DNA from: a virus | Lineage: Duplodnaviria > Heunggongvirae > Uroviricota > Caudoviricetes | IMG/VR virus record: IMGVR_UViG_2785510761_000002 | Reading direction: 5' to 3' (one strand) | Length of the DNA stretch: 38,992 nucleotides | In this document: piece after piece, positions 7,807 to 16,153 of the stretch | Numbering within the stretch: the first letter of the stretch is position 1 | Layout: each line of letters opens with the position of its first letter | Program-made: the position numbers and the translations under genes | Notes under the pieces: generated by a model | Told to the model about the DNA's origin: nothing | Database searches by the model: none | The model's input: the letters and a program-made list of their open reading frames with translations, nothing else

Positions 7807-10800
7807 TTAGTCCTCTTGCTCGTCGCTGATCCCGAGCAGGCGGTTCAGCAGCACCATCGGTCCGCGTACTCGGGCACCGCGGCCGTAGTACTGCTGGACG
7901 CTGTAGGAGCGGCTACCGCCGGTCGGTTCGATCAGCAGCCCCTCGCTGAGCGCAGCCCGCCAGCTGGATTCGTACTTCTGGCCATGGGGAACGAAGGTGG
8001 GGTAGTGCCTCTGCGCGAGAGCAAATGCGTTTACAGCGTGGAACTGTGCCACCAGCACGCTCTCCTGCCCGCTGGGTGTTCCGGCGTAACCGATCGGCTC
8101 TCCCTTAGGCTTCCATTCGCTGCCCTCCATCTCCCAGCCCACCAGGCGGTTGTACTGCTGCCCCTCCGGCCGGGTGGTGTCGAACGGCGGAACACCTGGG
8201 GAAATTGGGTTTGCGAGGTGGGCCTTACGCGAAGCAAGGGCATTGGACATCGCGACGATCAGGCTTCGACCGACCTTGTGCTCTTGCAGCGTCACCAGCT
8301 GCTCAGCTGCGAGCGTGGCGAGCGCCACGGTGACGTTGTGGAACTGTGGCACCTCCACCTCACCGCCTCGCTCCTCGCGGATGGTAGCTGAGATGTCCAG
8401 GTTCATTCCCTCCACAGCCCCCTTGACCATTCGGTACGACTCGAGAGCCTTATCAGCGGCCGCGGCTGACTGATCCTCGTCTGAGCTGGTCGCACTCACC
8501 AGCATGAGCGACACCAGTGTGTCCGTGTCCGTTCCGCCTGCCCATTGATACAGATGGCTGAGGTAGATCAGTGGCAGCAGCAGTTCGCTGATCAGAGCGA
8601 CCCGCCGGGCTGATGCTCCCTCGGAGATACCGTGCTCTGCATTCAGGATGACCCCGAGCGCGCTCTTTGCCTCCTTGTGCGTGCGCTTCAGAAGGGTCAC
8701 CCGTTCAGCCCACGTGTTCGCGTAACCGCCCTGGTCGTTGATCGTTGAGACATGCGGTTGATGCCAGAATCGCACCATTGCTGCTGCGACGCGTGACAGG
8801 ACAAGCGAGTCAAGCACCTTCGTGCGAAGTTGCTGAGCAGCCTCGTTATTGATCGTTCCGCTGCGGGGATCGCCGTTCCCTCGCTCGAATTTCAGCTCGA
8901 CAACGCGCTCGAGAGCCGAAGTGGATGTCAGTGAGTTCTCGGCGGTCACGACAAGCATTGCGCGAGGTTGGCTGCTCTTCGCCAGAGCACCATCCTTGGT
9001 GCCACGCTGACGGGCCGAATCGTTGAAGATGGAGCGCACCAGATTCTCCATACCGGCCTCAGCGTTGATCGCCGCCGATGCGCTGACGCTCGGCGCAAGG
9101 TCGTCAACCACCCACATGCCCCCGCCGGCAACAGCAACGGTCTTCTCCAGCGCGAATGCCGTGGAGGAAGCTGATCCGGGGAGTCGATCTTCCGACCAGG
9201 TGCCCTTTTTGTCCTGCCAGGCGCACATCGCGAAGCTGGCGCTCCAAGACTTGCCAGACCCAGGGTTTCCCGAGCAGAAGATGGGGATGCCGGGACGTTG
9301 CGGTACCGTCGTTCGCAGAGCGGCCGCCAGCAGCGTCGGGCCGTGGTGCGGGGTGCGCCATACGCCAGAGTTGACGAAGTGTTTTACGGTAAGTTCGATG
9401 TCACCGCGCAGCTGGCGCCGGTATGTTTCCAGGCCAGCAGTGGTGACCTCACCGACGGCATTCGGGTCTACGGTGTCCCACCAGAGATCCTGAACTCCGA
9501 ACAGGCTAGCGTTCGGGAGGATGGAGCTGTCCACTGCACTCTCAGTCTGAGCCTCGTCTGATCGAGTTGCCCCCAGGCGCTGGTCGCCGATCACGTACAC
9601 AGGGTCACCGTCAGGCGTTGGAACCCAGCCGGTCGCAGACCAGGCACGCTTCTTGGTCCACTCACGGTCTGGTGTACTCGAGTTCCTCTTGATGGCCTGC
9701 AACCACTTGAGACCCTTTTCTCCGCCAGGCGGTGGCCAGTTCGGGGACATCGTGAGCTCGGGTGGCAACTGCCCCTGAACCTTTGCGGGCCACCGGTCAG
9801 GTGACGAGCTCAATAGCTCTGTGCCGATGAGCACCTCTACACGCTTGGGCTTCTCGGTGACCTCGTCCATCCAGCACAGCTCGAGCACCGCATGCTGCTC
9901 TGCGGTGTGATCTTCACCGGTGTGAAGCTGCCCCTCGGAGACTTCGTTGTGCGTCGGAGCACGATCTACGACGATGGATGACACGTACCCTCCGACGTGC
10001 ACACGAGGTACGAGGTGACCGTAGCCAACTTCAGCGTTGTACATCCACTCGCCAACGCTCAAGCCATCCTTGCTGACATACCATTCACCGGTCTTCAGCC
10101 CTTCGGACTCATCCACTGGAGACGGCGGGAGCTGGTCTTCGACATAGCTCAGCAGCTGCTCCAGGGAGCCGATGTGTGAGAGGAAGTCGTCCGCCCCTAG
10201 CATGGGAGGCTTCTGATCACCGACCGCTTTTCCGATGTGAGAGTAGCCTTCTACGGCCTGAATTTGCATCAATGCAGAAGAGGAACCAAGGTTCACAAGT
10301 CGCACTTGTGCATCGCGCTCACTTGCGTACTCCCAGAGCCGCGAAGCTGCCTTCCAGACGCGCGTGTTGGATGTCACGTCGCCGTCCAGGCAGATCAGCA
10401 GCTCCTTGTTAAAAAGCGGCAGCGGGTTGAGCTGTGTGGGCTTCCAACCGTCCACACCAGCCACACCAATAGGCATGATTCGAGCGTGCGAGGGCACCTT
10501 CGCGATCGCGTCACGCAGCTGCGCAAGACCGGCTTCTTTCGCCCATGCGACGGTCTCGTCAACACTCAATCCGGTCGGGAGGAGCAGGTCAGCGTAAGGA
10601 ACTCCCGCGCTCAGCAGCATCGCTGTGAGGATCGAATCCTCCTTGAGTACCCCTTCGGTCAGGACGATTTTTGAAGCTTCGCTCACGAGATCTCCGGTCC
10701 AGGCCGGGTGCGCACTGATAGGTGCGTGCATTTCTCGTGGGAAGAGGTACTTCATCGGTCGCCCGTCAGCGTCCTCCTTGGCGATGCTGGGGCGTGCCTG

Positions 10801-11121
10801 GCAGAGGCTGAATCCCGGCAACTTCGTGCCCCCGCCGACAACTGCGCCGACGCTGTACCAGGGCATGATCATGACATCGCCGCCCTCAGCGAAGCAGTAT
10901 TTAGTCTGCTGCGGGGAGATGCCCTTGCCGCCGCTGGCCTCTGGCTTGGAAGCTTCGGAGACTCGTGTCTGCGGTTTTTTCGACTCACCGTCTTGATCCG
11001 AGAATGATCGATATCCTCTGACGGCGGCTACGAGAGGGGCGATCTGGCTGTCAATAAGCTTGTCGGCTCCCGAGTCATAGATGATGGGGGAGAACTGCTC
11101 CGCGGTAAAGCGATGAGTCAC
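7807..11121 (-). CDS. Primase-helicase fusion: TOPRIM-like (DUF3854-type) N-terminus plus DUF927/Cch-type P-loop helicase
   Basis: IVLTEGVLKED and ICLDGD (TOPRIM E and DxD); SGNPGSGKS Walker A, WVVDD Walker B, RAMLVVTAE sensor-like strand. Start refined to GTG 11121 (AAAGG SD, box A upstream). Confidence 0.75.
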   Translation of the reverse strand: MTHRFTAEQFSPIIYDSGADKLIDSQIAPLVAAVRGYRSFSDQDGESKKPQTRVSEASKPEASGGKGISPQQTKYCFAEGGDVMIMPWYSVGAVVGGGTKLPGFSLCQARPSIAKEDADGRPMKYLFPREMHAPISAHPAWTGDLVSEASKIVLTEGVLKEDSILTAMLLSAGVPYADLLLPTGLSVDETVAWAKEAGLAQLRDAIAKVPSHARIMPIGVAGVDGWKPTQLNPLPLFNKELLICLDGDVTSNTRVWKAASRLWEYASERDAQVRLVNLGSSSALMQIQAVEGYSHIGKAVGDQKPPMLGADDFLSHIGSLEQLLSYVEDQLPPSPVDESEGLKTGEWYVSKDGLSVGEWMYNAEVGYGHLVPRVHVGGYVSSIVVDRAPTHNEVSEGQLHTGEDHTAEQHAVLELCWMDEVTEKPKRVEVLIGTELLSSSPDRWPAKVQGQLPPELTMSPNWPPPGGEKGLKWLQAIKRNSSTPDREWTKKRAWSATGWVPTPDGDPVYVIGDQRLGATRSDEAQTESAVDSSILPNASLFGVQDLWWDTVDPNAVGEVTTAGLETYRRQLRGDIELTVKHFVNSGVWRTPHHGPTLLAAALRTTVPQRPGIPIFCSGNPGSGKSWSASFAMCAWQDKKGTWSEDRLPGSASSTAFALEKTVAVAGGGMWVVDDLAPSVSASAAINAEAGMENLVRSIFNDSARQRGTKDGALAKSSQPRAMLVVTAENSLTSTSALERVVELKFERGNGDPRSGTINNEAAQQLRTKVLDSLVLSRVAAAMVRFWHQPHVSTINDQGGYANTWAERVTLLKRTHKEAKSALGVILNAEHGISEGASARRVALISELLLPLIYLSHLYQWAGGTDTDTLVSLMLVSATSSDEDQSAAAADKALESYRMVKGAVEGMNLDISATIREERGGEVEVPQFHNVTVALATLAAEQLVTLQEHKVGRSLIVAMSNALASRKAHLANPISPGVPPFDTTRPEGQQYNRLVGWEMEGSEWKPKGEPIGYAGTPSGQESVLVAQFHAVNAFALAQRHYPTFVPHGQKYESSWRAALSEGLLIEPTGGSRSYSVQQYYGRGARVRGPMVLLNRLLGISDEQED

Positions 11122-11158
11122 GGGTGAGCCTTTCAATGTAGAAGTGGTCCAGAGACAG

Positions 11159-11168
11159 GAATGCGCGG
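11159..11168 (-). promoter_or_regulatory. Box A (CCGCGCATTC)
   Basis: Exact motif 37 nt upstream of GTG 11121. Confidence 0.65.
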
Positions 11169-11252
11169 GGTCGCAAGAGCGCCCGCGCAGCGGAGTGTGA
11201 GCACCGAGGGGCGCAGGCATCTTTGGCGCGCCCCTCAGTGGCCATCACGGGT

Positions 11253-12137
11253 TTACGCGTCGAAGGCCACCGAGAACGACGGAAGCTCCGCCATGAGCTT
11301 TGCGATGCACTGCTCAGCTATGCGCACCCCACAGTCCACCTCTCGGTTCACGGCGTAAGGTGTCGGCTCTTCCCCTCCAAGCACGCACCTTGCCCATTCG
11401 ACAGTGCATTGCACGATATGCGGATCTTCCGGATGCTGCTCGCGCATGTGAGTGACGAGCGCTCGCATCGCTTCATCGACCTCGATCTGCAAGAATCCCG
11501 TGCGAGAAGAGTCGTCAGCAATAGTGTCATGGACGGTGGTGTCCCCGTCCTCGAACACGGCCTGGTCTCCTGACAGCATGACACCGGCTGTGAAATCGGA
11601 GTCCTTGATCAGCACACCCTGCTTCACGGCGTTCTTGCGTGTGGCCATCATCTGAGCGTTGATGTGGTCTTTCACTTCGTCATTCGACGGTTCACGTTGT
11701 AGTTGGTGCGCAAGCTCTACACGTGCTCGAGCTATCAGCTTTCGGCGCCGGGCGATGCTCGTAAAGCCACTCACACCGGTGTGCTCTCCGCCTTCCTGGT
11801 AGGTTTTCACACCCAGGTTGGCCTCATTCCAGAGCTGCTGCAGGTATTGCTGCTGCATCTTCTCAAACTTCCGCTGTTCGACATTTGACAGGAACGTAGC
11901 AACGCTTTCGGCGATGATCTGCCCAACGTCATCGATTTCGCCCTCTAGCCGGAATTTTCGGGCAAGATTGCGCCTCCATCCCGCAAGCGTTCGCTGGTCG
12001 TGCAGCCTCTGTAGCATCTGCCTTACGATGGGCGCCCGCGCAGGTGACCCTGGTTCATGTCGCATCAGCGCGAGCATCCGCTCGTGCATCCAATCATTTT
12101 CCTGCGCAGTGACCGTCGTCCGATAGTTCTGACTCAT
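11253..12137 (-). CDS. Divergent sigma-70-family factor (regions 2, 3, 3.2 and 4-like)
   Basis: RARVELAHQLQREPSNDEV resembles region 3 (..LGREPTxEEL); LSGDQAVFEDGDTTVHDTIADD resembles 3.2 (SLDxPIGEDxDSxLGDFIxD); C-terminal HTH-like EPTPYAVNREV..IAEQCIAKLMAEL. Start at 12137 by ATGA coupling. Confidence 0.65.
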   Translation of the reverse strand: MSQNYRTTVTAQENDWMHERMLALMRHEPGSPARAPIVRQMLQRLHDQRTLAGWRRNLARKFRLEGEIDDVGQIIAESVATFLSNVEQRKFEKMQQQYLQQLWNEANLGVKTYQEGGEHTGVSGFTSIARRRKLIARARVELAHQLQREPSNDEVKDHINAQMMATRKNAVKQGVLIKDSDFTAGVMLSGDQAVFEDGDTTVHDTIADDSSRTGFLQIEVDEAMRALVTHMREQHPEDPHIVQCTVEWARCVLGGEEPTPYAVNREVDCGVRIAEQCIAKLMAELPSFSVAFDA

Positions 12138-12544
12138 GCTTGCCGATCCACCTTTCGTGTGGGCTTGGGAGTGTAGGGAAAACCTGGCCATGGCGACTGA
12201 TGAGGTCGCCGGAGGTTCGCCCAGATGACAAGACGGCGCCCGCAGGCGCGTCTATCGATCAGCCAAGCGACAGTCGTCGTTCCGTGGTGCACATCAGTAG
12301 CTTTCGATGCATGAACGAGCTCTTTTAGAAGCTTTGATGCGGTGACTTCTCCGTATCCCTGAACGGCAGTGAGAAGTTTTGCGAGGCGTATCTTTCTGAG
12401 CGCCTCATAGCCAGGCTGTGTGGCAAGCTCGATGATTTCCTCTGGCGTAAGGAACCCGCTACGCACGCTTTCGAGGTGAGAACCACGGAGTTCATGCGCC
12501 TGAGCTTGTGCTTGCAGGAGTGCCCGACTGTCCACGTCACGCAA
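12134..12544 (-). CDS. mIHF/sIHF-like nucleoid-associated protein (H2TH fold)
   Basis: RGSHLESVRSGFLTPEEII..LRKIRLAKLLTAVQGYGEVTASKLLKEL aligns by eye with actinobacterial IHF (RAELKDRLKRG..LGKMKVSALLEALPKVGKVKAQEIMTEL). Confidence 0.7.
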   Translation of the reverse strand: MRDVDSRALLQAQAQAHELRGSHLESVRSGFLTPEEIIELATQPGYEALRKIRLAKLLTAVQGYGEVTASKLLKELVHASKATDVHHGTTTVAWLIDRRACGRRLVIWANLRRPHQSPWPGFPYTPKPTRKVDRQA

Positions 12545-13472
12545 CCCCTTCGAGAGGGTCTGTCGAGGCGATCCGAAGTGTGTCAGGTGACTCGTGACTG
12601 AACGACACGGCGTTCGCTGTTCCGGCTACGGTGAGCGCCGCGAGGATCCGGTCCTCTTTCGCTCCACTGCGGCGGGGGTAGTGGAGGCGGTACTCCTCTT
12701 GGATGCGTGGCACCGATGACTCTTTGCCTAGCCGTCGGTGAATGTTCCTGATTGTGCGTCCCTTTTCGGGATCGCCGATCTTCCGTCTGATCTGCTCGTC
12801 GAGGGTCGACTCAACGTTGGTCTCCAGATAGCTCAGCCGGTCACCAACACCGGGGCGAAGGTTCCCTGAGGCTCGCTCCAGTAGTGACCACCACCGGGCT
12901 GGAGGACCATCCTCGTCACCAAGCAGGTAGCGGTCGACGATGGACTCGAGCTCGATGTCGTCAACTACGCCACCGCGGTCAACACCGTCGGTGATTTCAG
13001 TGCCGACTTTACGGCTTGAGATCATGGCGAGGTGTCGCGCTCGGGGCTCGAACCGTTCGTAGAACTCCCACCGAGCTTCTTCAGCTGAGGTCCGTATTCC
13101 CTCCATGACGCGGCTGAGGCTCCGTGTGGTGGCGTAGACCTGCGTCTCCACCGTGAACGGTGCTTCTTCGGACGCGAAATGCGTGAGCGGGTTGCATGCA
13201 CCTGACCCGCTCGCCAGCCGGTCAGTGTAGCTCCAGGTGATGATCGGCCCTAGCTGACCGCTGGGGACATAGCCCACCATTGGGGCGTCCCAGGTGATCG
13301 CGATGTTCGTTCCGTCTAGGAACCGTGGCAGGCGATACACCAATCCGGGGGACTGCGTGGTGCGATCGAACTCGACGTGCTGGGTGTCAATACCCCAGCG
13401 GATGCGGGTGAGGAGATCACGGCAGACCTCGGGGGGCAGGGTGTTGGTCCCTGAAAGTGCAGCTCTCGCCAT
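12537..13472 (-). CDS. Hypothetical protein with a sigma-70 region 2-3-like C-terminal half and no region 4
   Basis: IRRKIGDPEKGRTIRNIHRRLGKESSVPRIQEE resembles ITRAIADQARTIR...LGREPTPEELA; GGAGG SD. CDS well supported; sigma likeness tentative. Confidence 0.55.
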   Translation of the reverse strand: MARAALSGTNTLPPEVCRDLLTRIRWGIDTQHVEFDRTTQSPGLVYRLPRFLDGTNIAITWDAPMVGYVPSGQLGPIITWSYTDRLASGSGACNPLTHFASEEAPFTVETQVYATTRSLSRVMEGIRTSAEEARWEFYERFEPRARHLAMISSRKVGTEITDGVDRGGVVDDIELESIVDRYLLGDEDGPPARWWSLLERASGNLRPGVGDRLSYLETNVESTLDEQIRRKIGDPEKGRTIRNIHRRLGKESSVPRIQEEYRLHYPRRSGAKEDRILAALTVAGTANAVSFSHESPDTLRIASTDPLEGVA

Positions 13473-13474
13473 TT

Positions 13475-15268
13475 TTAGCGACGCCTCCGATCTTTGCGAC
13501 GCGCTCTGCGCAGGTCACGCTTACTGGGGGTGACGGGAGCAAATTCCTGCTGACCGGTAATTCGGTACAGCGACTCCCTGATCATTGGCGACATGGACGG
13601 GCTGTCGGTCGGGATGAAGCCGCTGAGGATCTGATTGGAGATGGCCTGGTTGTCGACGCTAGAGCCGACGAATTGTGCTGTCCCGTTGAAGTGCTTGACG
13701 ATGAAGCTCTCATCCTCATCGTCAAAGCCGTCAACCCAGCGGTTTGCCGCGACGAGCAGACGCCCCTGCGATAGCCCGTACTGAGTTACGAATTTCTCGG
13801 TGAGGCCGCGGAGGTCAGGCATCCCGCTGGGCGACTTATCGAACAGTCCGAGGAACCATGCACCAGAGCGAAGCTCAGGCACAACCACCTCATCCCATAG
13901 GTCCGTGAAGTGCGCTTCGGCGATCTGGGTGTCAATCACCACGAGGTCGTATACACCGCGCAATTCTCGAATCACCGACTCGTACAGCGCGGCTGGGGTG
14001 TCCTCCGGGGAAGCGAGATGCTCGGGCGGTCCCTGCACGAGGTCAAAGTGAACGGCTCCGCGGGCGCCGCGAGCTTGGGTGATGTGCTCTGCTGGGACAA
14101 TCGCAGCCTGCCATCCCCGGGATTTGGCATCGTGAATGGTGGGGAATGGCTGCCCGTCGATCTTCAGGTAGATTCGGCCGTTTGCCTGGCCGCGGTTCAG
14201 ATCGACAAGCACCACGCGCAGCCCTGCAGCTCCGGCGGTCTCGGCGCACATCAGAGACGAGCTCGTCTTCCCGACGCCACCTTTCCTCGCGCCAATGATC
14301 AGGCAGTTCCCTGCAACTTGAGCAGCATGGTGGTTCTGCATGGCCTGGTTCCGGCTGTCGAAGTAATCACCGGCAGACATTGCCCCAGGCCACTGCTGCG
14401 TGCTCGGATGGGTCTGCTGTGCAGGTTGCTGCATCGGCTGAGCCGGCTGAGCCATGAACTGGTCGAATGGCTGCTGAACCGGCTGAGGGTGCATCGGTGC
14501 CTGCGGCTGAAACGGCGGTTGTGCTGGCTGCTGTCGTTGAATTGGCTGCGGAACCTGGACTGGTTCAGGGTTTTGCTCTCTGAGAAGTCCGAGTAGCCAG
14601 TCCGGTTCGGAAGAATGCCCACTCTCGACAGCACCCTGGGGAAGGGCCGTGGGGACGTTACGGCTTGAGGAAGCACCGTCGAGAGTGGGGGTCTGTGGAG
14701 CCTGCGCCGGCATGACGGCGGGCTGAGTCTGAGAGGTGAGTGCCGTGGCTTCGCGCTGAGCGGCCAGGCTCTCCGGTGGCTGTGTTTCCGCAGGCACCTG
14801 GGTGTGCTGTTGGGAGGGGGTGGGCATGGCTGCGTGCTGACTTGCCACCGGTGCAGGTTGCTGGGGCGCCGGTGACATGGACTGCTGAGCGCCGCCGATC
14901 ACCCCGCCGTGATGGATGAGTAGATCAGCTTCGTCAGTAAGCGGGGAGGGGAGGCCAAGCCCAGCGAGAAGGTCTCCGACTGAGAGGGGAAGCTCAACTG
15001 CAAGATCGTGACCGGCAAGCACGTTGCCTGGCCCTGGGATGATCCGCACGTCTGTGCGACGTGATTGTGATTCAACCCAGGGCCGGATGCCGGAGCTGGG
15101 CTCAGCATCGACGACGATGACAGGAAATGTGCCGTGCGTCGCCTGAGCTTCTCGCAGTGCTGCGACGGCTTGCCGGAAGTCAGGCGCACCGATGACTGTC
15201 AGCCCGAGATTCGTCAGGCTTCGTGCGAGTTCCCCAGAACCGCACACTCCAATAATTTCTTGTCCCAC
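13475..15268 (-). CDS. MinD/ParA/CpaE-family ATPase with degenerate receiver-like N-terminus and long Q/P-rich linker
   Basis: GARKGGVGKT deviant Walker A, VVLVDLN, LVVIDT. Start uncertain (GTG 15268 chosen to avoid overlap with the upstream gene). Confidence 0.75.
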   Translation of the reverse strand: MGQEIIGVCGSGELARSLTNLGLTVIGAPDFRQAVAALREAQATHGTFPVIVVDAEPSSGIRPWVESQSRRTDVRIIPGPGNVLAGHDLAVELPLSVGDLLAGLGLPSPLTDEADLLIHHGGVIGGAQQSMSPAPQQPAPVASQHAAMPTPSQQHTQVPAETQPPESLAAQREATALTSQTQPAVMPAQAPQTPTLDGASSSRNVPTALPQGAVESGHSSEPDWLLGLLREQNPEPVQVPQPIQRQQPAQPPFQPQAPMHPQPVQQPFDQFMAQPAQPMQQPAQQTHPSTQQWPGAMSAGDYFDSRNQAMQNHHAAQVAGNCLIIGARKGGVGKTSSSLMCAETAGAAGLRVVLVDLNRGQANGRIYLKIDGQPFPTIHDAKSRGWQAAIVPAEHITQARGARGAVHFDLVQGPPEHLASPEDTPAALYESVIRELRGVYDLVVIDTQIAEAHFTDLWDEVVVPELRSGAWFLGLFDKSPSGMPDLRGLTEKFVTQYGLSQGRLLVAANRWVDGFDDEDESFIVKHFNGTAQFVGSSVDNQAISNQILSGFIPTDSPSMSPMIRESLYRITGQQEFAPVTPSKRDLRRARRKDRRRR

Positions 15269-15335
15269 ACCTATTGGTGTGTGGAGCTTGCGCGATATGG
15301 CACTTTCAGAACTTTCGCACAGCCTACTCCCAGGT

Positions 15336-16142
15336 TCAGCTTGCGAGAGGCAGCTGGAACAATCCGTCACCGTCCAACGGGATGGGATCCGCCGGCGGCG
15401 TATCTTCATCTTCCACTGCTGGCAGCTCTGCGAGCACAAGTGGCTCTACAGATTCGATCTCAATAGCGCTGATTGCCGCAGCAGACTCCGCAAGAACAGG
15501 ATTCGCTTCTGGATGACTGTGCTCTTGCTCCTCTTGCTCCTCTTGCTCCTCGGGCTCAGCAACGGGCTCGTCCTGATCTGCAGGTTCGGTGATCGTCGTC
15601 TCCTCGTGTGACGGCTGCGCTTTCTCCTGTTCATCTCCCGTAGACGCAACATCACCGGATGACGCTTCGCTGGCAGCAACCTCCTCCGTGTGTTCCTTCT
15701 GGAACACCAGACGGATGATCTGCTCAGCTGACACGAGCGCGGCGACGGGCGCGAGTACGGCGATGGTTGTGCCGCCCCACATCTCGTACCGGACGTAATC
15801 CCAATCCCACGCGGAGGCAGCGTGCATCCCGTTCACGATAGAAGAGAACGCGGTGAAGGATCGCAGCCAGCGCTGGGCGCTTTTTGCCTCCGGCGGTTCT
15901 CCGCGCCACCGAAAAATCGACAGAGCCACCGTGTACGCGAGGATCGAGCCGTCGATGTAAATGGGGGCCAGGAACAGAGCCCATTCAGGCGCACCTGTCC
16001 ACCGTGCTGCGTCACGCAGTGCGGCGAAAGAAAACGTCATCGAGGCGATCATCACCAGTACCACCAGGATGATGGAAATGATGCCGACGCTCGGGCGGTC
16101 GGGGGAGATGCGGGCGGACCGCTTGGGCTTGATGAGATCCAT
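15336..16142 (-). CDS. DUF2637-like membrane protein (plasmid spread-protein type) with acidic tail
   Basis: Four hydrophobic helices with SFAALRDAA..APIYIDG..S..NGMHA..APVA pattern; GAGGAG SD. Confidence 0.65.
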   Translation of the reverse strand: MDLIKPKRSARISPDRPSVGIISIILVVLVMIASMTFSFAALRDAARWTGAPEWALFLAPIYIDGSILAYTVALSIFRWRGEPPEAKSAQRWLRSFTAFSSIVNGMHAASAWDWDYVRYEMWGGTTIAVLAPVAALVSAEQIIRLVFQKEHTEEVAASEASSGDVASTGDEQEKAQPSHEETTITEPADQDEPVAEPEEQEEQEEQEHSHPEANPVLAESAAAISAIEIESVEPLVLAELPAVEDEDTPPADPIPLDGDGLFQLPLAS

Positions 16143-16153
16143 CGTTCAGCTCC

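Noticed and set aside
7390-8391. 333-aa plus-strand ORF (also the 1195-2058, 13910-14596 and 31375-32013 ORFs)
   Set aside because: They lie antisense to well-supported genes or span a terminator; compositions are not protein-like.
15336-15360. QLPL at the DUF2637 C-terminus as a beta-clamp motif
   Set aside because: Four-residue match in a membrane protein; too weak without conservation data.
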